A stretch of 64,000 bases of DNA from assembly GCA_010015585.1 (NCBI GenBank), contig ML975158.1; one strand, 5' to 3'. The notes beneath the pieces were generated by a model. It searched no databases, had not been told where the DNA came from, and worked only from the letters and a program-made list of their open reading frames with translations. This stretch comes from Eremomyces bilateralis CBS 781.70 (lineage: Eukaryota). The position numbers and the translations under genes were made by a program. Shown piece after piece: positions 1-11,416 of the stretch (position 1 is its first letter; each line of letters opens with the position of its first letter).

Positions 1-1050
1 ATGGCCCAGACACACCGGTTGGGTATCAGACCTCTGCTCAACCCAGGCCACGGATTTCAAAATCGAAACCACATCATGCACCATCGGCTGCCTCTCGATC
101 CCGAAATAATCCAGATGGAAATCCAGCGCCTTTCCCTCTCCCTTCGCCAACCCAGCTAACCACCGCACGTTCATCCGCGCCTTCACCTCTTCTGCCTCCA
201 CATACGGTGCCGACCCCACCACCGCCACCTCACCCCGCTTCGCCGCCTCCCTCATCAACTTCCGCGCCGCATCCCCGCCGTCCGTACCCGAGAACAACGG
301 CACCTGCGCAAACGCACATAGCTGGATCTCGCACAACCCGCGGAACTGCTCCTGCAGCTCAATCCCGGCGTCCAGACAGAGCATCTCGACCGTGGCGTCC
401 ACCTCCACAAACGCTCGCATGGCAGTGACGCCCGCGCGCAGACTCTCGAGGACGAGCCGCCGACCGCGCCGCAGGAGGTCGTCGTGGGTGAACCGCGCTT
501 TGGCTTGCTGGGTCAGCGACATGGCTTCGTCGAACGTGCCGTGCTGGATCGAGAGGTCGGAGTAGGCGGGGTCGGAGAGCAGGAAGCACTTGTCGAGGTG
601 GATGTGTGCGTGGCAGAGGCTCGGGGCGATGAGTCGTCCGTTGCCGAGGAGGATGCCTGGGAGGTGGGAAAGCGAGGGCATGCGAGGGTTGTGAGGGGAG
701 ACCTCGGCGATCTTCCCCTTCGTCAGGAGGATGTCGTAGAGCTTTTGCGGGGATCGTCGGGGGAGGCGGACGCCAATGATGCGGTGGATGTGGGTTGCGC
801 TGATGGATTGAACGGCGGTTGCGGTGGTATTGTTGGAGGAGTCGAGCGCGGATATGGAATTGAATAAGATGTTTGGTTGTATGGCGGTATCAGAACGCCG
901 TTTGGAGGAGTTGGCCAGAGATAAGGAAGGGGAGTATGCGGGTGGTGGAGAGGTTGAGGTCAAGGTTGAGGGATTGTTCGTGCCGAATTGGATCTTTGCC
1001 ATCTCGGCGTCGAGATCGATCCCATGGGATAAGAGGTATTGCCCGGCCAT
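1..1050 (-). CDS. Cytosine deaminase-like metal-dependent amidohydrolase (3' end runs off the window)
   Basis: Open frame from ATG 1050 to base 1 with no stop, so it is missing from the ORF track. Translation: MAGQYLL...IIGVRLP...LCHAHIHLDKCFLL...RGRRLVLESLRAGVTAMRAFVEVD...ALDFHLDY...VCLGH. The HxHxDK metal motif, FHLDY and LGH are typical of bacterial-type cytosine deaminase/amidohydrolases. Confidence 0.85.
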   Translation of the reverse strand, partial: MAGQYLLSHGIDLDAEMAKIQFGTNNPSTLTSTSPPPAYSPSLSLANSSKRRSDTAIQPNILFNSISALDSSNNTTATAVQSISATHIHRIIGVRLPRRSPQKLYDILLTKGKIAEVSPHNPRMPSLSHLPGILLGNGRLIAPSLCHAHIHLDKCFLLSDPAYSDLSIQHGTFDEAMSLTQQAKARFTHDDLLRRGRRLVLESLRAGVTAMRAFVEVDATVEMLCLDAGIELQEQFRGLCEIQLCAFAQVPLFSGTDGGDAARKLMREAAKRGEVAVVGSAPYVEAEEVKARMNVRWLAGLAKGEGKALDFHLDYFGIERQPMVHDVVSILKSVAWVEQRSDTQPVCLGH

Positions 1051-1748
1051 TTTGTCCGCTTTAAGAGATATTGAAACGGAGATTGACTTTGAGCTGGTTT
1101 GAGATAACTACGGAGACAATAAATGGAAAGGTCGGGCTAGCCTACAGCCGAGTATCTGAGTGCAGTTACTCCAAAGTGAATACGCCTTCCTCGTCAATAT
1201 TTATACGTCAGTTAATTCAGCAACATAGTCTGATAAGTATAAAAGGACTGAAGGAGGTCTGGCTTGAGGCAATTCGTGTCGCAGACTGCGCAACGACCTG
1301 GAAATCGGGCCTGTATGGATCTCGGGTGCAGTCTCAGAGAAAATCACATGTCTCAGATTTCTCGCACCCGGAATTAAGGAATAACTGCAACCAAGTACTT
1401 CTTCCGAGAAGAGTTGTCATACATCCGAGTAGAAATTTGTGATATCGCGAATCACCAAAAGGATGATCATAAGGATGATGTGTGGTGGTTAGACTCGACG
1501 AATCAGATACCATAGTGGGGCAGCCAGCTATTTGCAACCTCCCCCAAGGAACGAATTCCTCACTCTGATAGACCATGACAATAGTCTTTTCTGTCTATAG
1601 AGTGCCTGTATAACAAGATGGATGAAAGACGAGAGCAGCTCGTTTCATCCTAGCCAATTTTACACGTCCACACTTGGCTCAATTTGCGCGACACGTTTAC
1701 ACGCTACCAACCGGCGCATTCTACAACATCTGATTCTAGCAATCGACG

Positions 1749-2877
1749 ATGCCCATCCAAATATTGCCTCCGGCTCCGGCTATCTCGCTTGGGAATGAAG
1801 GGGCCCAGGCGGTCGACATTGATGACGAGGGAGATGTCGATATGGGAGGATTATCGTTGAAGACCGCCCTTGAATCCCACGCCGCAATTGTCACCCCTGG
1901 GGAGGTTATCACAGATGATCCACAATGGATGCGGTAAGCAGGGCTCTGGAACCGTTGCGCGACATGCATTTCCAAATATTCGTGCTGATCATCTTGGATA
2001 TAGTGGACATGGCACCACGCAGGAAGAAGGTGAATATGCCATCTGCAGCACGCTGGCAGGCACCCTGATCAAAACCAACAAACTCCTCTCCGTCGCTCCG
2101 CTTCGCGCGCGATACCGCCCATCGATCGGTGACCTTCTAGTGGGACGCATCGTGCAAGTCCAATCGCGCCGCTGGCTTGTCGATGTTGCGGCGCCGCTCC
2201 TCGCACAGCTCCAAATCGCCGCCATCAATCTCCCCGGCGGCACCCTGCGCAAGCGAACCGCCGTCGACGAGCTCAACATCCGGAGTTTTTTCTCCGAAGG
2301 TGATCTCCTCGTCGCCGAGGTACAAGCGCTGTATCAAGATGGTAGCGCCGTGCTGCATACCCGAAGTTTGAAATATGGGAAACTACGGAATGGATACTTC
2401 ATGTCGGTGTCGGGCGCAGGGGGGTCGCTCGGTCCATCGGGCGGCCGGAAGAAGGGCGGTGTCGTGCGGTCGAGGAGGCAGATGTTTACTATGACCACAC
2501 CTGGTGCCGGTGGCGAGCTCGATGTAATCCTCGGCGTTAATGGATATGTCTGGATCGCGATGCGGATTGGGGACACGACGGAGGAGAAAGATGTGGGGTT
2601 CAATCGGATGGAGGAGGTGGTGGGGAAGGAGATGTACTCCAGCCAGAACGCATCGATTCCAGCGGCCACACGGAGAGAGATCGCGCGCGTCGCCGCAGTG
2701 ATCAAGGCGCTTGTTGAAGTTGGTGTCCGGGTGGATGAAGACATGGTGGTGAAAGCGTACGAGGCAAGCCTGGAGCTGGACATGGACGCGGAAATGGATG
2801 GCTACGGGACTACGGAGTTCATTGGAGGCGAAAGAGCACGGCAAATCGTGGAGATCGCATTGGAACGAAGCAAATGA
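1749..2877 (+). CDS. RRP4: Exosome cap subunit Rrp4 (exons 1749-1933, 2004-2877)
   Basis: Splicing out intron 1934-2003 (gtaagc...gctgat...tag) restores [20 protein letters not shown]. Also [28 protein letters not shown] and ILGVNGYVW (S1 + KH domains). Confidence 0.95.
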
Positions 2878-3454
2878 GAAACACTCAGACTGTGATCTGT
2901 TGCAGTCTATCTTTGCGATCCCTTGCTCCGGGAGGACCTCGACGCGCAGATTCTTGGGCTGTGCGCAAATTGACGGTTCGCGTCTACTCCCAGAATTTGG
3001 TCAATTATACTTGCTGACCCCGTTCTAGCTCGCAGTGTTATCGGCACTCGAATTGTCTAATAGGGTCCCCTATCGAGCGTCGGAAGTCGACGAAAGATAT
3101 CCCCCTATGGCTGGGCTGAGCAGTACTGGCTCGACCCTAAATGGAGTCAATGTCGGTAGGACACTTCATCCGTCGAATGGTACGATAACAAAGTGTGCCG
3201 TAATGGCGATGTTTTAGTGACAAAAGAGCAATGCTCGAGTGGTTAGAAGATGTGTATAGCCCAAAATCGTCTGGTTCAACGGGTTAATGGGAGCCAGAAT
3301 CTCAACTGACCAGTTATAGTTGTCAGGTTTCCTTGGGAATCAACCTCCCTGCAATATATTATGGTGGCTGCTCTGGCAGGGTTCGAGTCTTGATAGCATC
3401 AATTTTTTTATCCACTTTCATTTAGTGTTTGTATCTACCCAGTCCTAGGCATAA

Positions 3455-4651
3455 TTAGGCATAATTAGGCTTGATATCCTGCTGTCCGTTGTCGAGGCGA
3501 CGGTACATCTCATCGATAAGTTGGTATCTCTTGAGAGCGTGCTTGAAATCTGGATACCATGTCTTGTCCGCATACGCTTCATAAAGTCTTGCAATGTTCC
3601 TAGCGGGATCTGGCAAATGCTCCAGCTCATTGCTCAGTGTCTCGATCTTCTCCACCTTGTGACTCGCATGATCGTGTAGCTCAACGGTTATCCCTTGTGC
3701 GGTGTTGATAATGTTGGGTTGGGGGGAAGAGACAGTGATTTCACCCTTCTCCCCATAGATTCTCCAAACCAGGTCGGGGACCGCTGCGCTTCGATTCGGC
3801 GGCCCGCCTCGAACGTGGACAGACAGGAAGGTTCCCGATTCGAGGCGCCCTTGTAGGAGTAGTTCATCGGGCGTGGTCCGCTCCTGGGTCCCGACAACTT
3901 CAAGTGGATTCTGCGGGTCAACAAGGGTGGCCGTTGGAAATTTGGTGTGTAAAATCGAGTTGAATGAACCCAAATCTCCAAGAACGTTGAAGATGATCTC
4001 GGAAACTGTGAAGGGTCAGTGGATAGCTCAGTTCGGGGCTCCATAATTGAAACACTAACGATGGCCAAACATGATTGTGAGCATATTTCCTCCAATTTTT
4101 CGTTCGTTACTGTATGTAAAATCTGCCGCAGTAGTTGGGCCTCCAATCATGCCCGAGGTCGTCACGTTACTGGAAAGGACTTTTCCAATCTTCCCATCCG
4201 CAATGAGGGCCTTGAGAGTGGTGACAAGAGGACTGAAGCCGCCCTGTACACTAACGACATTGCGCACCCCGGACTTCCCAACGGCATCTGTCATCTCATG
4301 AGTCTCCCTCAAGTTGGCCCCAAGCGGCCATTCACAGAGCACGGGCGTCTTTCCTCGTTCCAAAATGGGTTTCAAGCTGACGTAGTGTGTATCGACACGG
4401 GTGCAACAAACGACAAGATCCACTTCATCGTCCGCAGCCAGCTCTTCAGGGGTGCCATAAGCCTTCGTATCTCCTGGGAGGTTGTGCTTCTTGATGGCTG
4501 CTTCTGCTGCTTCTTTGCTGCTGTTAAGAAGCGCAACGATCTGATACTTAGGAGACTGCGTGAGATAGGGAAGATGAGCTAAGGCAGCCCAGCCTGCTCC
4601 TCTCGTCGAATTGGAGCGGAGGCCAATGAGAGCGGTACGAATTGGTGCCAT
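3455..4651 (-). CDS. Gfo/Idh/MocA-family oxidoreductase, Gal80-like (intron 4006-4059)
   Basis: IRTALIGL...GWAALAHLPYL, DLVVCCTRVDTH, CEWPLG and MLTIMFGH. The intron gttagt...actgac...cag joins ORFs 4055-4651 and 3455-3973 in frame. Confidence 0.88.
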
Positions 4652-5305
4652 GGTTACGGATGCGAATGATTTTGAAAATGAATTGAATGCAAAGTAGAGA
4701 GCATTGGTTCAAGCATTACCTACTTATATATTACATGGCAATTGCGAAACTGAAATGCAGATACGTAAGACGACCCCTCGAAATCGAGTTGATCGTCCGA
4801 ATTTCGGCGGACGAACATCTCTGGCCTCATTCCATAAAGTGTGTCAAGCAGATGTCCTATTAATAATTGTACAATTGTCAGCATAACAGTGATCATATGA
4901 CAACTTTGGGCTTTTAATAGGAGTGTGAAAAGGGAACACGGAATTAGTGCTGCATTTCTCATAGTTATCTCCAGGCCCGCGCCTGTCGCGCCTCTGGTCA
5001 AATCCACTACTACTAGGTAGACGTGGTAGGTAAGTCTACCTTGCACTGGGGAGACTTGATTGGGTGAATTGGCGCGCTAGACTACAACTATAGGCGATAT
5101 AGCCAATCGACATCTTGTGGTCGGAAAAGTGGAATTCCACGATCTGAGTGGGGTTCTACAGTGAGGAACAGTACTAACTACAGTAGTGTACACAGTAGTT
5201 AGTCACAGGCTCACAGCCGTTTGTTCCTAGATCACTAATAGCGACTTAGCTGAAATGTGTTGGGAGAGAAAGGTTAAGGCCTTTAAGCCTCAGGCATTAG
5301 TACTA

Positions 5306-6517
5306 CAGTAGCGGAGTCTGCAGGGTTCAATCAACCGTTGATCTACCGTTGATGAGAATCAACGGTAAATCAACGGTTGAAGGTAGATATTCGTGGTAAA
5401 TTTCTATACGAAGAAGGTGCTTTACGGTAGATAGGAATCTACGATGAGGGAAATTCTACGGAGAACAGAATCAACCGTTGATCTACGGTAGATCTACTAC
5501 TAGACAGCGCGGTTTCCTTATTTGTACCACGGCTTCCTCATTTCTACCAAGCGCCTACCTATTCCTTATCCTGAGTTCCTCTGTTCCTCTGTTCCTCTGT
5601 TCCTCTGTTCCTCTGTTCCTCTGTTCCTCTGTTCCTCTGTTCCTCTGTTCCTCTACATCCTGTCACCCTCTCAAGTCTCAAAGCTATCAGCGTCGATCCT
5701 ATCCTCCCCGTCAAGGAACACGACGGACACGGCAATGAGGTGTCGTTGGACAAGGATTCGGAAACGCTGCTGTATGTAAACTAGACCAAGATCCACTTTA
5801 TGTAGTGCCTGGCACCAGATAAGCTCAAGATAGCTGGCTGTCAGGAGAGATAGATCAGACGGATCGGTGCAATGAGAAGGGCTCTCTGGTGGACGATTTG
5901 CTTTATGGATGGATTCTGGTGGCTCGCAAAGCGTTGGATGGAAGGATGGATGGGTGGATTCTGATGGCTTGCAAAGTGTATGATAAATAGACGAGATGAA
6001 TGGATGGATAGATCGTTGCACTGGTGGCATCAAATGGGTATCTGGGATGATGGGACGCGAACAATACACCGACACATACTCCCTACCGTGGAAGGCAAGT
6101 GTATCTACACCGATCACAGGCGCACCGCACTATGTCTGGCCCGCCCAATCCTGGTCGACTCTCAACATGAACGTGGTATTACATGGGATACAGCGATGTA
6201 TGTATGATACACAGCTTTCCGATGAGCTTAGCAAAACATTCAAGCAGCATGAGGGCTGCGTGTGACGAGTATAACATTCCTGCAAGTGAACCGCGTGATG
6301 AGTAGACGATCTGGCAACCGTGGGCATACCGTAGTTCAGCAGATCAACGGTGGATAAACCAATCAACCGTTGATATACCGTTGAATACGTCTATACGTAT
6401 ACGAAGATGTGAAATCAACGGGGAAACTTCCGTTGATTCGTATCAACCGTTGATTTTTTTCAACGGTGGATCAACGGTAGATCAACGGTTGATTGGTCCC
6501 TGCAAGTTCCGCTACTG
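5306..6517. mobile_element. Non-autonomous DNA transposon (MITE-like) with 48-bp imperfect TIRs and subterminal ATCAACGG/CCGTTGAT arrays
   Basis: 5306-5353 and the reverse complement of 6470-6517 match at 43 of 48 positions (CAGTAGCGGA..TGCAGGG..CAATCAACCGTTGATCTACCGTTGAT). TA lies directly left of the element and TG directly right. No transposase ORF is visible inside. Confidence 0.8.
5575..5654 (+). repeat. Perfect 8-bp tandem repeat (GTTCCTCT)x10 inside the TIR element
   Basis: Counted directly in the sequence. Confidence 0.97.
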
Positions 6518-6687
6518 TGGTGACTCCATGTCAGTAGTAGTAGCTGATTGGTCGATGTTTTTAAACACGAGTCATGAAGATTGAGGTATCAGGAAATTCG
6601 GATTCAAGAGATTTAGGAACCATTGTCGCGATTATCATCTAGATTATCATCATCTCGCTGCAAACCAACCTATCCACAAACCTGACC

Positions 6688-8403
6688 ATGCCATTGAGGC
6701 CATTCCGCCCTCCTTCAATATGCTGGTCGTGTCGCCACCAACTCCAACTCACAACCCCAGTCTACGGCAACCTCCACCAACGCTCCTATGTCCGCCATAG
6801 CGTCGCACCACGGCCCTCCCCCGACATCAAACACATCCGCCGCAGCCCCGGCCTCTACTCCCAAAACTGCGTCGACCGAAATTACCCGTCCCTCGCGCCC
6901 CTTCCATTCGAGATCATCGCCCACTTCGACCGACTGAACGCCATCGGCAAAGCCGCCCGACCCCTCCGCGAGCGCGCCAAAGCCCTCCGCACCACCCTCG
7001 CCAAGGCGGCGTATCTCTCGGGCGACGTCGCACCGTATGGACGGACAAAAGAGCATGTCGATGCGGTGCAAGAGGCGGGGGCACAGCAGGCGACGCTGCT
7101 CGAGGAAGCGCGGGAGGTGAAGGCCCAACTCGACGAGATCGAGCGGGAGGAAGCGGCGTTGAATGACGGGATCGAGAACATGGCGCTCCAGTTGCCGAAT
7201 CTGAGCTCCACGGAGACGCCGGTGGGGAGCGAGCCGATCGTGTTGGAGACGCATGAGCCGGATCCGGAGGATGTGGTGCCGTCGACGATCCGGCGCACGC
7301 ATGCGGAGATTGGCGCGGAGCTGCGGCTGATGGATTTCACGTCGGCGGCGTCGACGTCTGGGTGGGGGTGGTATTTCCTTACGAACGACGGCGCGTTGCT
7401 GGAACAAGCGCTGGTGCAGTATGCGCTCGAAGTCGCTATGGAGCACGGGTTCCGCATCGTCACGCCGCCGAGTCTGGTGTACTCGCACATCGCATCGGCA
7501 GCGGGCTTTCAACCGAGAGATCAGAATGGCGAAACGCAGATGTACAACATTCAGCAGGCGGAGAAAGATCGGAATAAGCCGAGCATGGTTCTCACAGGCA
7601 CGGCGGAGATCCCGTTCGCGGGGATGAAGGCGAATACCATTCTAGAGGACACAGATTTGCCCGACAAGGTCGTCGGAGTGAGCCGATGTTACCGTGCCGA
7701 AGCGGGAGCCAGAGGTGTAGATACCAAGGGGCTATATCGTGTACATGAGTTCTCGAAAGTAGAACTCTTCGGATGGTGTCTACCCGACGAGAACTCCAAT
7801 CACACTCCAGTCGGAAAGAAGGGCATCTCCTCTGACTCGACACCCGAGTCGGCGCCCAATTCTACTGGAAGATTTTCCACCACGTCGAGCGATGCTGACA
7901 ACCAGTTTGCGTTTGCAACCACCAACTACTCCCACGCCGGCCAGCTTTTCGACTCCATCCTCGCCGTCCAACGCGAGATCCTCTCCTCCCTCTGCCTTCC
8001 CTATCGCGTCCTCGAACAACCCACCCAGGATCTCGGCGCCTCTGCCACCCGCAAGATCGACATGGAAGTTATATTCCCCTCCCGACGACGACATCCTACC
8101 TCCAGTGCCACCGACCAATCGTCCCCGAAAGGCAGCGAGGATGACGGTTATGGAGAGGTCACTTCGGCGTCACTTTGTACCGACTACCAGACTCGGCGAC
8201 TGGCTACGAGAGTCCGCATGCCGATGCCAATGGGAAAGACGACGACGTTTCCTCACACGGTGAATGGGACGGCGATGGCTGTTCCGCGGGTGTTGGCTGC
8301 TATATTGGAGCATGGGTGGGATGAGAAGAGGAGGGCGGTGAGGATACCGGAGGTGTTGCAGAATTGGATGGGTGGGAGGGAATGGATTGATGGGAAGAGG
8401 TAG
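6688..8403 (+). CDS. DIA4: Mitochondrial seryl-tRNA synthetase
   Basis: Arg-rich presequence and coiled-coil arm. LTGTAEIP, motif 2 SRCYRAEAGARG...GLYRVHEFSKVE, GEVTSAS.CTDYQTRRL and motif 3 HTVNGTAMAVPR. Single exon. Confidence 0.93.
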   Translation: MPLRPFRPPSICWSCRHQLQLTTPVYGNLHQRSYVRHSVAPRPSPDIKHIRRSPGLYSQNCVDRNYPSLAPLPFEIIAHFDRLNAIGKAARPLRERAKALRTTLAKAAYLSGDVAPYGRTKEHVDAVQEAGAQQATLLEEAREVKAQLDEIEREEAALNDGIENMALQLPNLSSTETPVGSEPIVLETHEPDPEDVVPSTIRRTHAEIGAELRLMDFTSAASTSGWGWYFLTNDGALLEQALVQYALEVAMEHGFRIVTPPSLVYSHIASAAGFQPRDQNGETQMYNIQQAEKDRNKPSMVLTGTAEIPFAGMKANTILEDTDLPDKVVGVSRCYRAEAGARGVDTKGLYRVHEFSKVELFGWCLPDENSNHTPVGKKGISSDSTPESAPNSTGRFSTTSSDADNQFAFATTNYSHAGQLFDSILAVQREILSSLCLPYRVLEQPTQDLGASATRKIDMEVIFPSRRRHPTSSATDQSSPKGSEDDGYGEVTSASLCTDYQTRRLATRVRMPMPMGKTTTFPHTVNGTAMAVPRVLAAILEHGWDEKRRAVRIPEVLQNWMGGREWIDGKR

Positions 8404-9308
8404 AGTATTGTAAGATAGGCCCTCTGCAGATTAGGTATTTTCTCGCCTTGGATATATTATCTCTCGATGTATGTATATTGTATATTCGTGTATCTACAAG
8501 GTTTCTATTAGACCTGTTCATATGGACGACACTCTTACAGTCAACAAAGTTGTTGAAGCTAGCAGGAATCCAAGACATCATCTCGATCACAACCCCCTTG
8601 TATTCATTCTCCCTCATCTCAAACTGTGACAGCGATTCACGATTCACGGCATCATGTGAGCCTCTATATCTCGGAGCAAGCGAATATGTGGCACTCCCTG
8701 TGGCTATTATCGGATCTGCATGTGCGCACTGTTTACTCTCTGCCACCAATCGACTAGGCGGTTGTGGATGTGCGGTTCCGATTGGTAGAGCGATCGTACT
8801 GCATCGCCACCACCAGGTCTCTGTTCAACATGAATCCATGTTGTGAAAGCCCCATCAGATCCATTAGATCAACGCCCCGGCCTCGCTCTGCTATCTTTTC
8901 TTTCCTTGTGATCTTAAGAGTCAAATTGTTCGAGTGATGTTCTCTTTCATTGTCTACTCCATATCTAACTGTTCTGCGGTCGCAATGTGGACATGTTTTT
9001 GCGCTTGAGGGGCAATATCACAACAAGTTGTCGACCTTCCGTCATTCAGCCACACCCCCCAACGGCTGGGATACACACGAGCGGGGCATACGACTGGGAT
9101 TAGAGGGAGCAAGTTGTTCGTCGCGTCTGCGGGTTCTACGACAGTCAACACACTCATAACAAGTCCGCCTCGCAACACTCCGCAAGCGCGGCATCGTGCC
9201 GTCGCGACCATACCCCCTCCGTCTCTAAAGTGCTAGCATCGCACTCGAGATCTTCGAATCCGAATCCTCCTTTGTCCATCATATGCCTCGATCTAGGTGC
9301 ATGACCAT

Positions 9309-11062
9309 ATGACTCCGTCCTCAATGGTCTCCCACCCTCTCAATCCAGCAACGGCGTCCGCGTCCAACTCCCGCGATCTAACCCTACGACGCGCACCGTC
9401 CATCACATCGACACGGACGGCGTTGACTCACCGGCGACATCATCGGAATGCACGGTCGCATGTGGGGACTAGCTCGCACCAGCCACAGAACGAGTTCCCG
9501 ATCTTCACGCATACCGGCGATGTGGAGATCCTGCTCACTGATCGCGAGGGGAGGAGAGAGACGCGGTTCTTGTTGCATCGGTTGATCTTGGCGCAGTGCT
9601 CGGGATTCTTCGAGGCGGGGACGAGTGAGGAGTGGTCGGGATCGGGGGTGGGATCGGGGGTGGCGAAGACGGGAAGGGAGTCGGAGCGAGGGGAGGGAAG
9701 TGGGAGGAGGAGCGATGAGCGATATGTAAGGGGAGATGAGATCGTTTTGGGTGGGCAGAGGAAGAGGTGGATATATCAGTTGGATTGGGGTTCTGGGCCG
9801 GACGATGTCCCCTTGCTTGTTCAGCAGGTAAGGATTAACCACGAAGTCATAGAGCAGGAATCGCTAACAAGCAATAGTCTGCTGGTACAAGAGGCATATT
9901 CGGCCATGGCCCCTCTGCACGACCTCCGCCACCACAAAACAAACCCCATCCCCCTTCCTCAGGTTTCTTCCGCAGCATGGCCAATTACTCCGCCCTCCAA
10001 GTCTCCTCGAAACAACCCAGCACCTCCCACCCATCGCAAGAAAACGACCCCTACCCCGACCTCGTCCTCTCATACAGCAATCTATTCCGTATCTTCTACA
10101 ACCATCCTCCATCCCTCGACACCGTAAACATCGCCAACGCATACGTCGAGTGCAAACAACTCCTCCACCTCGCCGACCTCTACGACGCATTATCCGTCAT
10201 CGGCCCACGCATCGACCACCACCTCCTCCGCTTCCACTCGCGCCTATGGAAGCAAATCGCAAAATACCCCCCCTCATACCTAAAACTCGGCTTCCTCGCC
10301 CGTAGCAAGGCTATCTACTCCGAAGCCCTCATCCACGTGATCGGCCAATGGCCAGCCGGTGCCCCCCAGCTGCGCGGACAAGTCTCCCAAGCACTATGGG
10401 AGCTCATCGAAGACAAAGTCGCCGAACTCCAGGACGTCACCGCGCGCGTCGAGGCGCGCCTCTTCCGCCTCACCCTCACCACCCCTCGCGGCGACCGCGT
10501 CGGCCCCCACTCCGCGTGGCTCGACTGGCTCGCCGTCTCCCTCTTCCGCCACTGGATCCTCGAAAACCTCACTCCTCCGCCCGCGCCGATCTTGAAATCC
10601 AGCATGACGACCACCGCCGCCCAGCCTGGCCGCGGTCCCTCAAGCTCGTCAACCACCCGCATCTCATCTCGCTCCATCCTCCCCCACCGCCACCGAACCA
10701 GCTCCTCATCCCGCTCAGCAGCGGCGCCCACCCCATCCGCGCCGCCGCCGCCGTTCAACATCTCGAACACGTACGCGCTGCTCGCGGCGGGTGGGACAGC
10801 GTACCTCCCGCACGCGGAGATCAAGGCGTTCCTGAAGCTGCATCCGGACACGTATTCGCGGGAGAATCTGCGGCGGTTCGAGCGGCGGGTGGAGGAGTTG
10901 AAGAATCTGGCGAGGGAGGTGGTGAGGGCGTTGGGGCGGTGTTGGTTGGAGGGGGAGGCGCCGGGGCAGGTGCAAGGGGGGGATGGGGAGAGGGGATGGG
11001 GGTGGGGGTATTTGGTTTGCGTGAAGGTGGGGGAGGGGGATTGGGTGTGGGAGGAGGAGTGA
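9309..11062 (+). CDS. Conserved fungal protein with BTB/POZ-like N-terminal domain (intron 9828-9877)
   Basis: NEFPIFTHTGDVEI...FLLHRLILAQCSGFFEA resembles a BTB start. The intron gtaagg...gctaac...tag joins ORF 9297 to ORF 9977 in frame. The start ATG (9309 or the next Met) is uncertain. Confidence 0.8.
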
Positions 11063-11416
11063 TTTTGTTTGGTGTTTGCGCGTATTATACCCATTGTTGA
11101 GATGTTTGGCTTCGCCTCATTTGGTATGGAGAAACTTGATGAGTAACGCGGAGATGACGAGGTGTGCTGGCATACTTCTGACATGATATACGCTGTGGTT
11201 GAAGAATCTCATGAATGCTGTTATACACTATCTCGCACTCATCCGTTCGATCTACGGACACGGTTCCTATGTCTCTGTTTCTTGCTGCTCAAGCCTTTGG
11301 CTCGTCATCATACCCGCATTCCTCGTTATGATTGAGCTTCCCTTGTCCTTTAGTTTATCCTTCGGCCAAGGATCCTAGAAGGCCTTCGGTACCCCGTTGA
11401 TGCCGAAATGCACTCC

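Noticed and set aside
3446..3470. 10-bp tandem duplication (TAGGCATAAT x2.5) across the stop codon of the Gal80-like gene
   Set aside because: The protein ends KPNYA-stop with or without the extra copy, so it is neutral slippage.
5330..6495. Repeated ATCAACCGTTGAT motifs as a CRISPR-like array
   Set aside because: Eukaryotic context, irregular spacing and mirror-image clusters at two ends. Better explained as transposon subterminal repeats.
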